DNA of 64,000 bases, taken from IMG/VR virus record IMGVR_UViG_2832142748_000002, positions 10,418 to 74,417 of that record. The stretch is one strand, 5' to 3'. Positions 25,408-35,069 of the stretch are shown in pieces; position 1 is the first letter of the stretch; each line of letters begins with the position of its first letter. A program made the translations under genes and the position numbers. The stretch is from a virus. Lineage: Duplodnaviria > Caudoviricetes. Below the pieces are notes generated by a model, which saw nothing but the letters and a program-made list of their open reading frames with translations, ran no database searches and was not told the origin of the DNA.

Positions 25408-27888
25408 TTACGGAGGAGGCGTGGACGAAATCCCCAGGGTAAGGGTGGCAGGCACCGTGGGCACGGACACCACGAGGACGCTCGCCGCGCTGGTGCTGTA
25501 GTTGCCCGAGGTGTCGATGGCCTTCACGTGCACCAGCTGGTTGGTGCCCGGCGCCGGCAGGGCCCATTCGTAGGTGGTGGCTCGCACCTTGCCGATGAGG
25601 CTGCCCACCTCCCAGCTGCTGCCGTAGCGCAGCTCGTAGGTGTCCCGGTCCAGGTCCGGCACCTCCGCCCAGCGCAACGTCGCGGTGCTTCCGTTGAGGA
25701 CGCAGGTGAGGCCCGTCACGTTGGAGGGAGGGGCCGCCTTGCCCACCACGGTGTGGCTGGCCGAGGCGTAGGTGGTGACGAGGCCGTTGAGGACGGCGGC
25801 CACCTGGACGGTGTACTCGCCCGGCAGGCAGTCCTGGAGCTCCCAGAAGTGCGTCTGCACCGGTGGCTCCGACGTCCAGTTGCCGCCCTCGCGCCGCCAG
25901 CGCACGCGGTACTCCGTGGCCGTGGCCACCTGCGTCCAGCGGGCCGTCACCATGACCTTCACGCCACCATTCGTCGTCTTGTACAGCGACTCGCCCACCG
26001 CGAGGCCCGCAGGTGGCGCGGACGAGGGCAGCACGGACGTGGGCAAGGGCTGCAGCTTCACGCCGTGCTCCACCTCCGCGTACTTCCCCGGCTCGTGGCG
26101 CAGGGCGGTGATTTCGTAGAGGTGCGGCTCCACCTCCGCGACGTTGAGGATGCGCCAGAGGGTGGGCGTCAAGTCGGACGCGGCCAGCACCCAGACGGCC
26201 TGGGGCTGGGGCGCGGCCGAGAAGGGCGTGGCCACCGTGAGGGCCCGGTACGGCGCCGGCGCGAGCGCGGCCAGCGGGCGCTCCTCCACGGTGCCGTCCG
26301 GCAGCACCGCGGAGAGGGCGTACGTCTTCCCTGCTTCCAGGGTGACGTCCGCGTCGAGCTCCACCTGGCTGGCGGTGGCGGCCACCACGCGCCCGCCCCA
26401 CCTGCGCCCGGCGCGGTATGGGTCCTGGAGCTTCACCACGGCGCCGGGGTTGCGCATGGCGCCCTCGAAGCCGGTGCGGAACGTCACCGTCTCCGTCTCC
26501 AGCCTCTCGGTGAGGAGCAGCCACCGGCCCACGCGCTGCGCCTGGCCCCGGGAGGTGCAGCCGAGCGCCACCACCTCGGTGGGGTTGTAGCCGTAGGTGG
26601 CGAGGCCCTCTTCGTCGGTGACGTACTCCTGGGCCACCTTGAAGTGGTTGTCCGGGTCGTTCCAGCTGACGAGGGCCACCGTGTGGCGTGCGCGCTTGCC
26701 GCTGGAGGCATACGTGAAGAGGCCCTCCACCACGTTGGCCGGCGTGAAGAGGTACTCGGCGTCGCGCGGCGCGTCCTGGGCGACGAAGACGGCGCCGGAG
26801 GCCCAGTACGTCATGCCGCGGAAGACGGACGCGAGGTTGTTGATGACCTTGTACGCGTCCTCCTGCGTCTGGAGGTAGAGGTTGCAGCGGAAGCGCGGCT
26901 CCATGCCGCCCTTCCCGTCCGGCACCAACTCGTCGCAGTACTTCCCCACCGTGTAGAGGCCCCATTTGTCCACGGCGGCCTCGTTGAGGTAGCGGCCCAG
27001 GCCGTAGCGCTTCGTCGTCAGCAAGTCGTAGAAGCACCAGGCCGGGTTGTCCGTCCAGGCCACCTTCCACGTGCCGTCCCAGGTGCCCTCGTACGTCCGG
27101 GCCACGGGGTTGTAGTTGCTGGGCACGCGCACCCGCAGCCCGCGAATCCGGTAGCTGCGCGTGGGGATGCTGCTGAACTGGCTCGCCGGCACCTGCAGCG
27201 CGCAGAGGGCGGTGTTGGGGAAGGAGAGCTTCTCGTCCAGCAGCGTTGCGTAGGACTTCCAGAGGACCTTGTTCTGCTTCGTGACGCTGTCGGCCTCCTC
27301 GCTGACGCGCGTGACGCGGATGTCCCACGGGGGCGAGCCCGTCAGCTCCACGCGGAAGGTGCGCTCGTAGGGGCTGGTGCACTTCCCGCGGAAGAGCTCC
27401 GCGCCCTGGAAGGACTGCTCCACGTAGCCGCCGCCGTTGCTCTGCACGGCGATGGAGACGAGGACGCGGGTGGGCAGCAGGTCGCCCGTCGTCGGATCCT
27501 GGTAGGTGAGCTGGGGCGCCTGGAGGGTGACGCGCACGGCGTCCACCCCCGGGTCCGTCACGGTGCGCACCACCGGGGTTGCGTGCTTCACCTCCACGCC
27601 CACGGAGTACTCCGCCTCGCCGGACGGGAAGCCGGGGATGTACTCCTGGGACTGCGTGCCGCGCACGTCGTAGACGGTGACGCCGGTGAAGTTGAAGGTG
27701 CCGTCGGGATTCTGGATGGCGACGCCGTCCAGGTAGACGGACTTCAGCCCGTCGACGAGGCCCTGAATCTCCCCCTCGCACAGCAGGTCCAACACGCGCG
27801 CCTTGGAGCTGGACTTCAACGTGTTCGGAGACTCGACGGGCGTCCGCTGGGCGCCGCCCTCCCCCTTGCCGCCGCTGCTGCCACCCAT
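25408..27888 (-). CDS. Lambda gpJ-like central tail tip protein
   Basis: DLLCEGEIQGL, WTDNPAWCFYDLLT..RYGLG, EPRFRCN, GRRWGGRV, FN3-like C-terminus. Confidence 0.95.
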   Translation of the reverse strand: MGGSSGGKGEGGAQRTPVESPNTLKSSSKARVLDLLCEGEIQGLVDGLKSVYLDGVAIQNPDGTFNFTGVTVYDVRGTQSQEYIPGFPSGEAEYSVGVEVKHATPVVRTVTDPGVDAVRVTLQAPQLTYQDPTTGDLLPTRVLVSIAVQSNGGGYVEQSFQGAELFRGKCTSPYERTFRVELTGSPPWDIRVTRVSEEADSVTKQNKVLWKSYATLLDEKLSFPNTALCALQVPASQFSSIPTRSYRIRGLRVRVPSNYNPVARTYEGTWDGTWKVAWTDNPAWCFYDLLTTKRYGLGRYLNEAAVDKWGLYTVGKYCDELVPDGKGGMEPRFRCNLYLQTQEDAYKVINNLASVFRGMTYWASGAVFVAQDAPRDAEYLFTPANVVEGLFTYASSGKRARHTVALVSWNDPDNHFKVAQEYVTDEEGLATYGYNPTEVVALGCTSRGQAQRVGRWLLLTERLETETVTFRTGFEGAMRNPGAVVKLQDPYRAGRRWGGRVVAATASQVELDADVTLEAGKTYALSAVLPDGTVEERPLAALAPAPYRALTVATPFSAAPQPQAVWVLAASDLTPTLWRILNVAEVEPHLYEITALRHEPGKYAEVEHGVKLQPLPTSVLPSSAPPAGLAVGESLYKTTNGGVKVMVTARWTQVATATEYRVRWRREGGNWTSEPPVQTHFWELQDCLPGEYTVQVAAVLNGLVTTYASASHTVVGKAAPPSNVTGLTCVLNGSTATLRWAEVPDLDRDTYELRYGSSWEVGSLIGKVRATTYEWALPAPGTNQLVHVKAIDTSGNYSTSAASVLVVSVPTVPATLTLGISSTPPP

Positions 27889-27889
27889 G

Positions 27890-28948
27890 TCAGTCCTCCA
27901 CCGTTGGGTCCGCCTTCTTCACGTTGTGGCTGAGGAGGCCGTCGGAGACGTAGGTGTGCGCGCCCGCCACGGTGAGGCGTACCACCGGCCCGCGCTCACC
28001 GCGCGTCACCTGGCGCACCACGCCCGGCCGGGCGCCCACCAGTCGCGTGCCGGCCGCGAGGTGCCGCAGTTCCACCCAGGCGTCCTCCGTCCGCACGCGG
28101 TGGGTGCCGGTGGCCTCCAGGCGTCGGCCGTCCTCCAACTCCAGCAGCCAGCGGACGCCCTCGGCGGGCTCCGCTGCGATGACGGGGAAGACGTCCCACT
28201 CCAGCGTCTCCTCGTCCTGGGTGCGCACCGCCATGCCCACCTGGACTTCGCCTGCCGGCACTTCCCGGCCGTCCGCCAGGAGGATGGGCACCCACGGCGC
28301 GGGGCAGGTGCCGCCGCCAGGGGTGGTTCCGCCGACGCCCGTCTGTCCGCTGCCGCTGTTGCCCCCGAAGCCGCCGTCGGACCACTCGGTGACGATGCCG
28401 GCGGAGACGACGCAGCTGCCCACCTCCATCTCCCCGTAGCAGATGGGCACCGGGTGGCCCTGGGCGAGCGTGTTGACGGGGCCGTTGAAGACGTAGCTGG
28501 GCTTGTTGGCGTCCTTCTCGTCAGGCCCATTCGCGGTGGGCGGGGCGAAGAGGAGCTGGGAGACGCCGCCGGCCATCAGGGAGATGCCCGCGGTGATGAG
28601 GGGCACGCCCGCGCCGTACCCGTAGACGGAGAGGACGACGCCGGCGGCGATGAGCACCGCACCCGCCACCACCTGGAACCAGCCGGACTTCGCCCCGGCC
28701 AGCGCGGGCATGAGGGTGAGGACGCGCGCGCCGGTGGGCATGCCCAGGTCGTCCTCCCCCACGTCCCGCTTGCCCGCGAAGACGTGGTAGCCGGGCTCGC
28801 TGTTCTCCGCGAGGTAGCGCCGGAAGCCGTCGCAGACGGCCGAGAGGGCGCGCACCGCCTCCGCAGGCGAGGGCACCGAGAGGTCCATCTTCCACACGCG
28901 CCCGAAGCGCTTCCCCAGCGGACCACCCAGGACGATGGTCGTCAGCAT
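27890..28948 (-). CDS. Lambda gpI-like tail assembly protein (ubiquitin-like N-terminus) with C-terminal Hint domain
   Basis: LGGPLGKRFGR...SPAEAVRAL...LMPALAGAKSG, Gly zipper, FNGPVNTLAQGHPVPICYGE; Hint 27923..28306 (C1, ATGTH, LLSHN) followed by VKKADPTVED. Confidence 0.92.
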   Translation of the reverse strand: MLTTIVLGGPLGKRFGRVWKMDLSVPSPAEAVRALSAVCDGFRRYLAENSEPGYHVFAGKRDVGEDDLGMPTGARVLTLMPALAGAKSGWFQVVAGAVLIAAGVVLSVYGYGAGVPLITAGISLMAGGVSQLLFAPPTANGPDEKDANKPSYVFNGPVNTLAQGHPVPICYGEMEVGSCVVSAGIVTEWSDGGFGGNSGSGQTGVGGTTPGGGTCPAPWVPILLADGREVPAGEVQVGMAVRTQDEETLEWDVFPVIAAEPAEGVRWLLELEDGRRLEATGTHRVRTEDAWVELRHLAAGTRLVGARPGVVRQVTRGERGPVVRLTVAGAHTYVSDGLLSHNVKKADPTVED

Positions 28949-29673
28949 CGGGAGACGTGCCTCACGACGCGCTGGGTGATGCGCTCCCAGAAGCCGGAGT
29001 ACGTCTCCCGGCCGGACAGGCGCCCCATGACGTGGTGCAGGAGGACATCCCCGCCCAGGTAGACGCCCGCGTGGTTGGGCACCGGGGCGCGCAGCTGCAT
29101 AAGGAGGACGTCATGCTCGCGCAGGGCCTGGCCCGTCACATCCACGAAGCCCGCCCGGCCGAAGCCCTCCTGGTAGAGGTTGCCACCCTTCGCCCACCAG
29201 TCGTCCGGGCGCTCGAAGTCGGGCAGTGCCAGGCCCAGGCGCTCCCGGTAGTAGTCCTGGATGAGGGAGTAGCAGTCCAGGACGCCGTGGCTGAAGGTGC
29301 GGCCCACCAGCGGCGGCCGGTAGCCGTCCGGGTACCAGAGGCACCAGTGCCCCACCGGCACGTTGAGGATAAGCCAGGGCAGGCCCCAGCGCTCCATCAT
29401 CACCCGGTCCGCCTCGCTCGGCTCCGGCGCGGCGTTGGGGTGGGAGTGCACCACTGCCACCACCTCGCCATCCCCTTCCGCCCGCGCATAGTCCTCGGGC
29501 GACAGGACGAAGTGCGCCTGGCCGTCGGCGAGGTTCCGGCAGGGCCGGTACCGCTGGGCGCCTCCAACCAGCACCACGAGGCCGCAGGACTCGCGGGGAT
29601 AGTCCGCCTGGGCGTGTGCGAACGCGGCGCCCAGGACGTCATCAGCCAGCGTCAGCCGGCAGGGGTCGACCAT
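28942..29673 (-). CDS. Lambda gpK-like tail assembly protein (JAB + NlpC/P60)
   Basis: ESCG and HSHPNAAPEPSEAD JAMM motif; DCYSL and HAGVY NlpC motifs. Confidence 0.95.
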   Translation of the reverse strand: MVDPCRLTLADDVLGAAFAHAQADYPRESCGLVVLVGGAQRYRPCRNLADGQAHFVLSPEDYARAEGDGEVVAVVHSHPNAAPEPSEADRVMMERWGLPWLILNVPVGHWCLWYPDGYRPPLVGRTFSHGVLDCYSLIQDYYRERLGLALPDFERPDDWWAKGGNLYQEGFGRAGFVDVTGQALREHDVLLMQLRAPVPNHAGVYLGGDVLLHHVMGRLSGRETYSGFWERITQRVVRHVSRC

Positions 29674-29729
29674 GCCGGCATCGTCGGCGGTAGCGTGGAC
29701 GACGTCCCTTCAGACTCTGCACGCCAACA

Positions 29730-30557
29730 TCAATGCTGCATCTCGTTGATGACCGCATCCACGAACTGCAGGCGACACTCCGGAGCGGGATGTTTCGACT
29801 GCGCTTCGCCCTCATCACATCGGATTGGCAGAACCAGAGCCGGCTGCTCGCACGAAACGGAATTGATCCCGGCATCGGCAAGATCGGCACGGGCGCGCGC
29901 AATCATCTTGGCGACAGGCGTATTGGGCGACTCGGCGAGAGCCCGGAGTTCCTCGTTCGTGACAACACCACCGTCGGCGCGCTTCATGTTTGGCCCTCTC
30001 AACCGGAGCATCAGCTGGAAAGAGCATGACTCAACGGAACGCGCGAACAGGCGCGCGCTCTCTTTATCTATTTTATCCTTCGCCTTTGGCCCGGCCCAGG
30101 CCACCCGACAGTCCTTGATGACGGGCCGCTTGAGGAGGAGGCCTCGCACTGTACCGTGGAAGGCAACAAGCTGCCCCTTCGCCAGCTCCGCGACGGCTTG
30201 CATCTGCTCGTCCGGAACAAGGCACATGACAGAGCTCATCATCTCGCCCACGTCCAGCGAGATGACGATGTTATCTGTCGCGTCCTTGGCAATGTCTTGG
30301 ATGAGTCCCGTCACCTCCACCTGCTTGCTGCGGTACTTCATGTCCGCTGCCACCTCGTTCTCGGCGTAAGCCTCCCAAAGCTGGCGCGGGCCCACGAGGA
30401 TGAGCCCTGGTGCGGCAGGAGCTGGAGGTGGACTGGGAGCCCTGGCGGCTGGGCCCGAGGTATCGCTGGGTGCTGCTGCCACCTGCTCCGGGGCCCGTCC
30501 CGCCTCCTGCTTGCACCCGACTACCGTCAGCACTGCAACAAGCCACCACGCGCGCAT
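29730..30557 (-). CDS. OB-fold lipoprotein (tRNA_anti-like family), moron
   Basis: Lipobox VVGC; QLWEAYAENEVAADMKYRSKQVEVTGLIQDI signature. Confidence 0.82.
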   Translation of the reverse strand: MRAWWLVAVLTVVGCKQEAGRAPEQVAAAPSDTSGPAARAPSPPPAPAAPGLILVGPRQLWEAYAENEVAADMKYRSKQVEVTGLIQDIAKDATDNIVISLDVGEMMSSVMCLVPDEQMQAVAELAKGQLVAFHGTVRGLLLKRPVIKDCRVAWAGPKAKDKIDKESARLFARSVESCSFQLMLRLRGPNMKRADGGVVTNEELRALAESPNTPVAKMIARARADLADAGINSVSCEQPALVLPIRCDEGEAQSKHPAPECRLQFVDAVINEMQH

Positions 30558-30650
30558 CGTCCCCTCCAGTGAGACGTGGGAGGACAGCACGGGGCACCAG
30601 AACGACGCAAGGAGTCGGGCTTGGCGGCGGGCGTCTCTGGAAAGGATGGA

Positions 30651-31160
30651 TCACACCTCCACCAGCAGAACCGCCAGGGCCAGCAGCCGCTCCCGGACGC
30701 GGGCGCGCAGGGTGGCGGCGGCGGCCACGGCACGGCGCCAGGCATTCAGCGCGGCGGACGCCTCGCGCGCCAGCTCCGCCAGCAGCAGCGGCACGGGACG
30801 ACGCGACAGATTCGTGGCCTGGGCGCAGTAATCACGTGCGGGACCCGTGCGGCCCGCGCTTCGGTACAGCGTGGCCCGGCGTGCGAGTAGCTCCGCGCGG
30901 GCCTCCCCTGACGCGGCGGACACCAGCCTGCCCAGTGGCTCCAGCCGCTCTGCCTCTTCTTCCGGCGTGCCCGTGCCGGGCGGAGGCAGCAGGTCCAGCA
31001 GCGCCTGTGCCGCCCACGCGTCCAGCGGCCCCTCCGCCAGTAGGCTGCGCAGCGAATCTGCGGCGGCGCTCGCGCGGCCCAGTGCGAGGCACAGCTAGGC
31101 TAGTTCGCGGCGGGCCTGACAGCGGGCGTCGCCCGCCAGCCGGGGTCGCAGTTCCACCAC
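30651..31160 (-). pseudogene. Internal fragment of a large host-type TPR/alpha-solenoid gene
   Basis: ELRPRLAGDARCQARRELA*LCLALGR...LLPPPGTGTPEEEAERL...AELLARRA; very high GC, in-frame TAG, no start. Confidence 0.7.
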
Positions 31161-31194
31161 GTCTCCCACGCCTCGCGCAAGTTGGCAAGCCGCG

Positions 31195-32124
31195 TCAGAT
31201 GACCTCGATGGTCGGCTCAGCGTCTTCACCAGTGCCAACTGCGAGAACGCTCCGCCGCCGAGCCGGGTCAGCCTTCGAGCGCTCCTTCGCAACTTTCTGA
31301 ACGAGGTCAGCTCGGTGGATGGTCGCGGCCGCTTCCGCCTTCACATCGTTCACGACCACGAGGCCGCAGGACGATGAGAGGTGACGGGGCACTCCTTTCA
31401 CCTTGACCGTCTCCCCGGAGAGCGATGCCAAGGCCGCATGCAGGCGACGCCGTGCCTGTTCCAGCGGAGTCGCTGGCATCACGACAACAACCTCATCACC
31501 GCCCTTTCTGTAGGCATCGCCCACGTCGGAGACTGCCTTTTCGAGGACATGGAAGAACGCCTTGATGGCCTCATCGCCAGTGGCGTGATCACCGTCCTCG
31601 TTGAATGCCTTGAGCCCGTTCATGTCGAGATAGGCCACAGAAACTGGCGAATCTGCCTGGATATTCATAATGGCGATCGCCAAGTCACGCTCAGCATAGC
31701 GTCCATCGTAAAGGATATCAAAAGGCTCTCGAAGCCGGGTCGCCCGAAGCTCGTCTTGCAGTCGCGCCAATTCCAGTCGACCCAGGTGGCCCATCTCCAG
31801 GCCTACAGTCTGCCCCGACAATAGCCGCCCGACAAGCAATGCCTGTTCTCGGCGGTCTTCGCTCTCCATCTGCTGGGCGAGCGTACTCGTGTATCGCATG
31901 TCGATAGAGTCATAGCCCCTTCGAGTATCGGGGCCATTGAGGATGCCGCGATGAATGAGCGACATCACCATTTGCATTTTTTTCGCGGACATGAACTCAC
32001 TCCCGCCCAGAGGGAATGAAACGCTAATCCAGCGCTCCTGCTCAAATCGAGCAAGGAACTGCAACTCGCGGAAACGAGCATCATTCACGTAGTCAGCCAT
32101 GCCGGATGGGTCCTCGTGCGCCAT
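31195..32124 (-). CDS. GGDEF-domain protein (putative diguanylate cyclase), moron
   Basis: YLDMNGLKAFNEDGDHATGDEAI...YRKGGDEVVVV...SSCG. The guanine-binding N and D are kept; no RxxD I-site. Confidence 0.85.
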   Translation of the reverse strand: MAHEDPSGMADYVNDARFRELQFLARFEQERWISVSFPLGGSEFMSAKKMQMVMSLIHRGILNGPDTRRGYDSIDMRYTSTLAQQMESEDRREQALLVGRLLSGQTVGLEMGHLGRLELARLQDELRATRLREPFDILYDGRYAERDLAIAIMNIQADSPVSVAYLDMNGLKAFNEDGDHATGDEAIKAFFHVLEKAVSDVGDAYRKGGDEVVVVMPATPLEQARRRLHAALASLSGETVKVKGVPRHLSSSCGLVVVNDVKAEAAATIHRADLVQKVAKERSKADPARRRSVLAVGTGEDAEPTIEVI

Positions 32125-32247
32125 ACACAGGCAGCAACGCCTGCTTTGTCAGCGAACCATAAGAGAAGAAGACAACGGGGCAGAAGCACTATCCCTTGGC
32201 CAGCGGAATGCCTCAGGGGTCTTCATGACCCGCCCGAGAAAAGAAGC

Positions 32248-32943
32248 CTACCGGATCAGCCCTACCGCCGGAAATCCCCCGTACGGAAGCACTGCGGTAG
32301 TCCCAAAGCGCAGCTTGCAGCTTGTGAGGCGCTTCCCGCAGCGGTCCTCGGTGGCACTGGACGTCAGCGTATCGTCCAGCTTCGCTACCGGGGGCCCCGC
32401 GTAGCCGCAGCCCTCCCCCCGGTACTCCCAGGGGCACATCTGCGTGATGATGCGCAGGGGGATGCGGACGCCGTCCAGGTCGCACTTCGCGGCCAGGCTG
32501 AACTCGATGACGTGCTTGTTCTCCACCGTCTTCTGATCCACCACGAATTCGTCGTCCGGGAAGGCATCCAGCGGCGAGGCGGTGGGGTTGACGCCCCCGG
32601 GGTAGTTCACCGCGTCCAGGTAGCGGACGAAGGTGCGCTTCCGGAGGACGCGCGCGCCCAGCAGATCGTTCAAGTCCCGCGCCATGGCGCCGATGGTGCC
32701 GGCGACGTTGGCGAGCGTCAGGGTGGGCCGGGGCAGCCGGCCCATGCCCGACTTGTCGAAGCCCTTCACCTGGATGGCCCAGGGCTCGTACGCCATGCCC
32801 TGCCAGACGACGGGCCCGCGGAGGCCATTGGTACCCGCGTGGAAGTGGCTGACGCCCCCGCCAGGCAGGTTGGTGGCGTCCAGGACGAAGAGCTCCACGA
32901 GGGCCCCCGCGTCCAGCCTCTGGATGTCGTTGGCGATGCTCAC
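32248..32943 (-). CDS. Lambda gpL-like minor tail protein
   Basis: VELFVLDAT, PRPTLTLAN, RKRTF, CPWEYRGEGCGY...CGKRLTSCKLRF (Fe-S Cys pattern), GGFPA. Confidence 0.95.
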   Translation of the reverse strand: MSIANDIQRLDAGALVELFVLDATNLPGGGVSHFHAGTNGLRGPVVWQGMAYEPWAIQVKGFDKSGMGRLPRPTLTLANVAGTIGAMARDLNDLLGARVLRKRTFVRYLDAVNYPGGVNPTASPLDAFPDDEFVVDQKTVENKHVIEFSLAAKCDLDGVRIPLRIITQMCPWEYRGEGCGYAGPPVAKLDDTLTSSATEDRCGKRLTSCKLRFGTTAVLPYGGFPAVGLIR

Positions 32944-33527
32944 CCTGCCTCCTCCTGGAACGTCGCAGTGAAGTCGTAGGCATTGAAGCCCTTCGCGGTG
33001 CGGTGCCACTCCTCGCACACGACGTGCGCCACCAGTTCGCCCGCGCCGGTGAAGGTGAGCGCCGCCCCAGCGGCTGGCGCCGCAGTGAAGGTGACGAGAC
33101 CCGAGGCAGAGAGCACGTAGGCGGTCCCCGCCACCTGGGCGACGCCCGCCACGTAGACGGTGGGCGGCGCCGACCAGTCTGCGGCGGGCACCAGCAGATG
33201 CGGCATCTCCGGGGACAGCGGACGCTGGAGGAGCCACTGTGTCCGCGCCTCGTCTCCCACCCCGAAGGGCTGCGCGGCGACCGACCAAGCTGTGTCCGGG
33301 GTGACGAACTCGAAGGGCTCGACGCCCGCGCGGGCGCGCAGGAAGGACTCCAGGGCGTCCGCGTCCACCTTCGTGAGGCTGGAGAACTGGAGGGCCCAGC
33401 GCCGCAGGACGGGGTTGAGTCCGTCCCCGGATCGCTGGGTGTAGCCCTCACCGAACTGCGCCTTGCGCACCCGGAGCACCGAGTCCGCCTGGGCCCCGTA
33501 GTCCGGAGTGAAGGGGAAGCGCTCCAT
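32940..33527 (-). CDS. Lambda gpM-like distal tail protein with an inserted domain
   Basis: VRKAQFGEGYTQRSGDGLN...FL.AR.GVEPF...ATFQE. Confidence 0.92.
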   Translation of the reverse strand: MERFPFTPDYGAQADSVLRVRKAQFGEGYTQRSGDGLNPVLRRWALQFSSLTKVDADALESFLRARAGVEPFEFVTPDTAWSVAAQPFGVGDEARTQWLLQRPLSPEMPHLLVPAADWSAPPTVYVAGVAQVAGTAYVLSASGLVTFTAAPAAGAALTFTGAGELVAHVVCEEWHRTAKGFNAYDFTATFQEEAG

Positions 33528-33746
33528 GGCCTACCGCCCCCTTTTGGGCATCCACCTGGTCATGCGGCAGATCATTGGCGACAGCGTGGACGGTGGCCGT
33601 CGTGACTTCGAGGCAGTCCTGAAGCGCAGTCGTCCATCCTGACGCTAGGGCGGACCGCCCCTTCGCTGCATGTAAAGTCTCGCTCCTCAGGTCCTGCTCC
33701 CTAACAAGAGCGTCTCCGCCGCATTTTCCGAGTTACAGTTGCAAGG

Positions 33747-34181
33747 CTAGTATGGAATGTCCTCGTCCGAGGAAATGCCATCCTTGACTGAGACGCGGAC
33801 GCAACTGTCGCAGAGTCTCTTTCCAGAGAATTCTCCCGCGCCCGGCGAAGTAACCAAGGGCCACGGGGCGGTATACGGAACAGACTTGCGGCACTTTGCG
33901 CAAGTAACGAATTTCGCCTTTAGGCGTGATTGCTCACTCGATTTGGGGACCAATAGAAGTTCTTGAGCGGTGCCGTTGCTAAAGTGAGCGCATAGCTCAT
34001 CTGCAGTGAGCCTTTTTGCGCGAACAAGATCAGCCGCACTTCGGCAGAACTCCACAACCGCCTTTAGGCAGGCGCTGCAATAGATGACCGGGTCCTTGCC
34101 TAGTTGAATGCGCGCCCAGTCGTCCACGCGCTGGGAGCAGAATCGACAAGGAAGCTGACCGGATTTCTTCACTCGTGCCAC
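33747..34181 (-). CDS. Protein with two C4 zinc-finger motifs (moron)
   Basis: AGGAGG RBS before GTG 34181; CRFC..CSAC and CAKC..CDSC. Confidence 0.65.
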   Translation of the reverse strand: MARVKKSGQLPCRFCSQRVDDWARIQLGKDPVIYCSACLKAVVEFCRSAADLVRAKRLTADELCAHFSNGTAQELLLVPKSSEQSRLKAKFVTCAKCRKSVPYTAPWPLVTSPGAGEFSGKRLCDSCVRVSVKDGISSDEDIPY

Positions 34182-34890
34182 GTCCCTCACCTCCTTGGCG
34201 ACCCTACCAGACCGACGGGCCAAATACGTGGATCCAGCACGGATCGCACAGCCGAACTCCGAGAGCCTTCGCGCGCACCGATGTTCACCTGCTTGCCCCG
34301 TGCACCCCGCGCGATTCAAGCAGGAAGGGCGCGCGTCAAGGCTACGTCGTCCTGCGGGTCCACAAAGTCCGAAGGCGCGCAGACTGCCGGGGTACAATCC
34401 TGCGTTCGTTATGCAACCTCGGTGTAGATGACCGAGCGAGACAGGACCATTTCATGAGCGGCTTTGAAAAAGGTGGCATGTACGATCTCACATGGAAGAA
34501 GGCCGTGACGTGGCACTCTCCGGTCTGCCAAGCCAATGCGTGCTGGCACGAGAATTCTTACAACGGAGGAGACGACTTCCTCGATCAGCTCTTCGAAACC
34601 CAACTTCGACCGCGCGGATTCGCCCGCCATCCAATCAAGACTACTTCAGCATTGCGTCTCTCGGGACCGGGCATCAGCGCCGGGAGCACAGACGAACTGT
34701 TCTCTGCGATCCGAAAGCCTCTTCCAGCGCCGATACATCCTAGAAACGTGTCTTCGCCATGACGGCCTTCTGCTAGCGGCCCGGAGGCATCATTACCGCT
34801 GACCGCCTGTCACAAGGAGCAGAGCGAACAGATCCGTTTCCTGGCTTGGTCGCGCAGCGCTGCCAGCGTGAAGGCCTTCCCCAGCGCCGC

Positions 34891-35010
34891 CTACCTACTC
34901 AACAAAGGTGTGCGTCATTCCACCTGGGGCCCTCTCCTCGCGCCTCACCTTGCGGACTGCGTCAAGGCGGCGGCCCAGGCGCTTCGCCTCAGCGCGCCCT
35001 CGTCGGCGCT
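34891..35010 (-). repeat. Degenerate second copy of the tape measure gene 3' end
   Basis: GRAEAKRLGRRL-DAVRKVRREERAPGGMTHTFVE* versus GRAEAERLGRRLADAVRKVMREEMAPGGMTYTFVRGR* at 36901. Confidence 0.85.
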
Positions 35011-35069
35011 CGCCTTGACGCTGGGGGCGCTGCGCCAGGTTCGGACCGGCGGCCGCAGTTCAGCAGCAG

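Noticed and set aside
25148-27933. Very long ORFs 25396..27933 (+) and 25148..27781 (-)
   Set aside because: Antisense and off-frame shadows of gpJ; Arg/Gly/Ala-rich with no motifs, as expected in high-GC coding DNA. The same applies to 46026..48083, 47408..49180 and 51990..53801.
34400-34870. Short ORFs on both strands between the zinc-finger gene and the TMP-end copy
   Set aside because: No frame has a clear start, motif or codon bias; probably decayed cargo.
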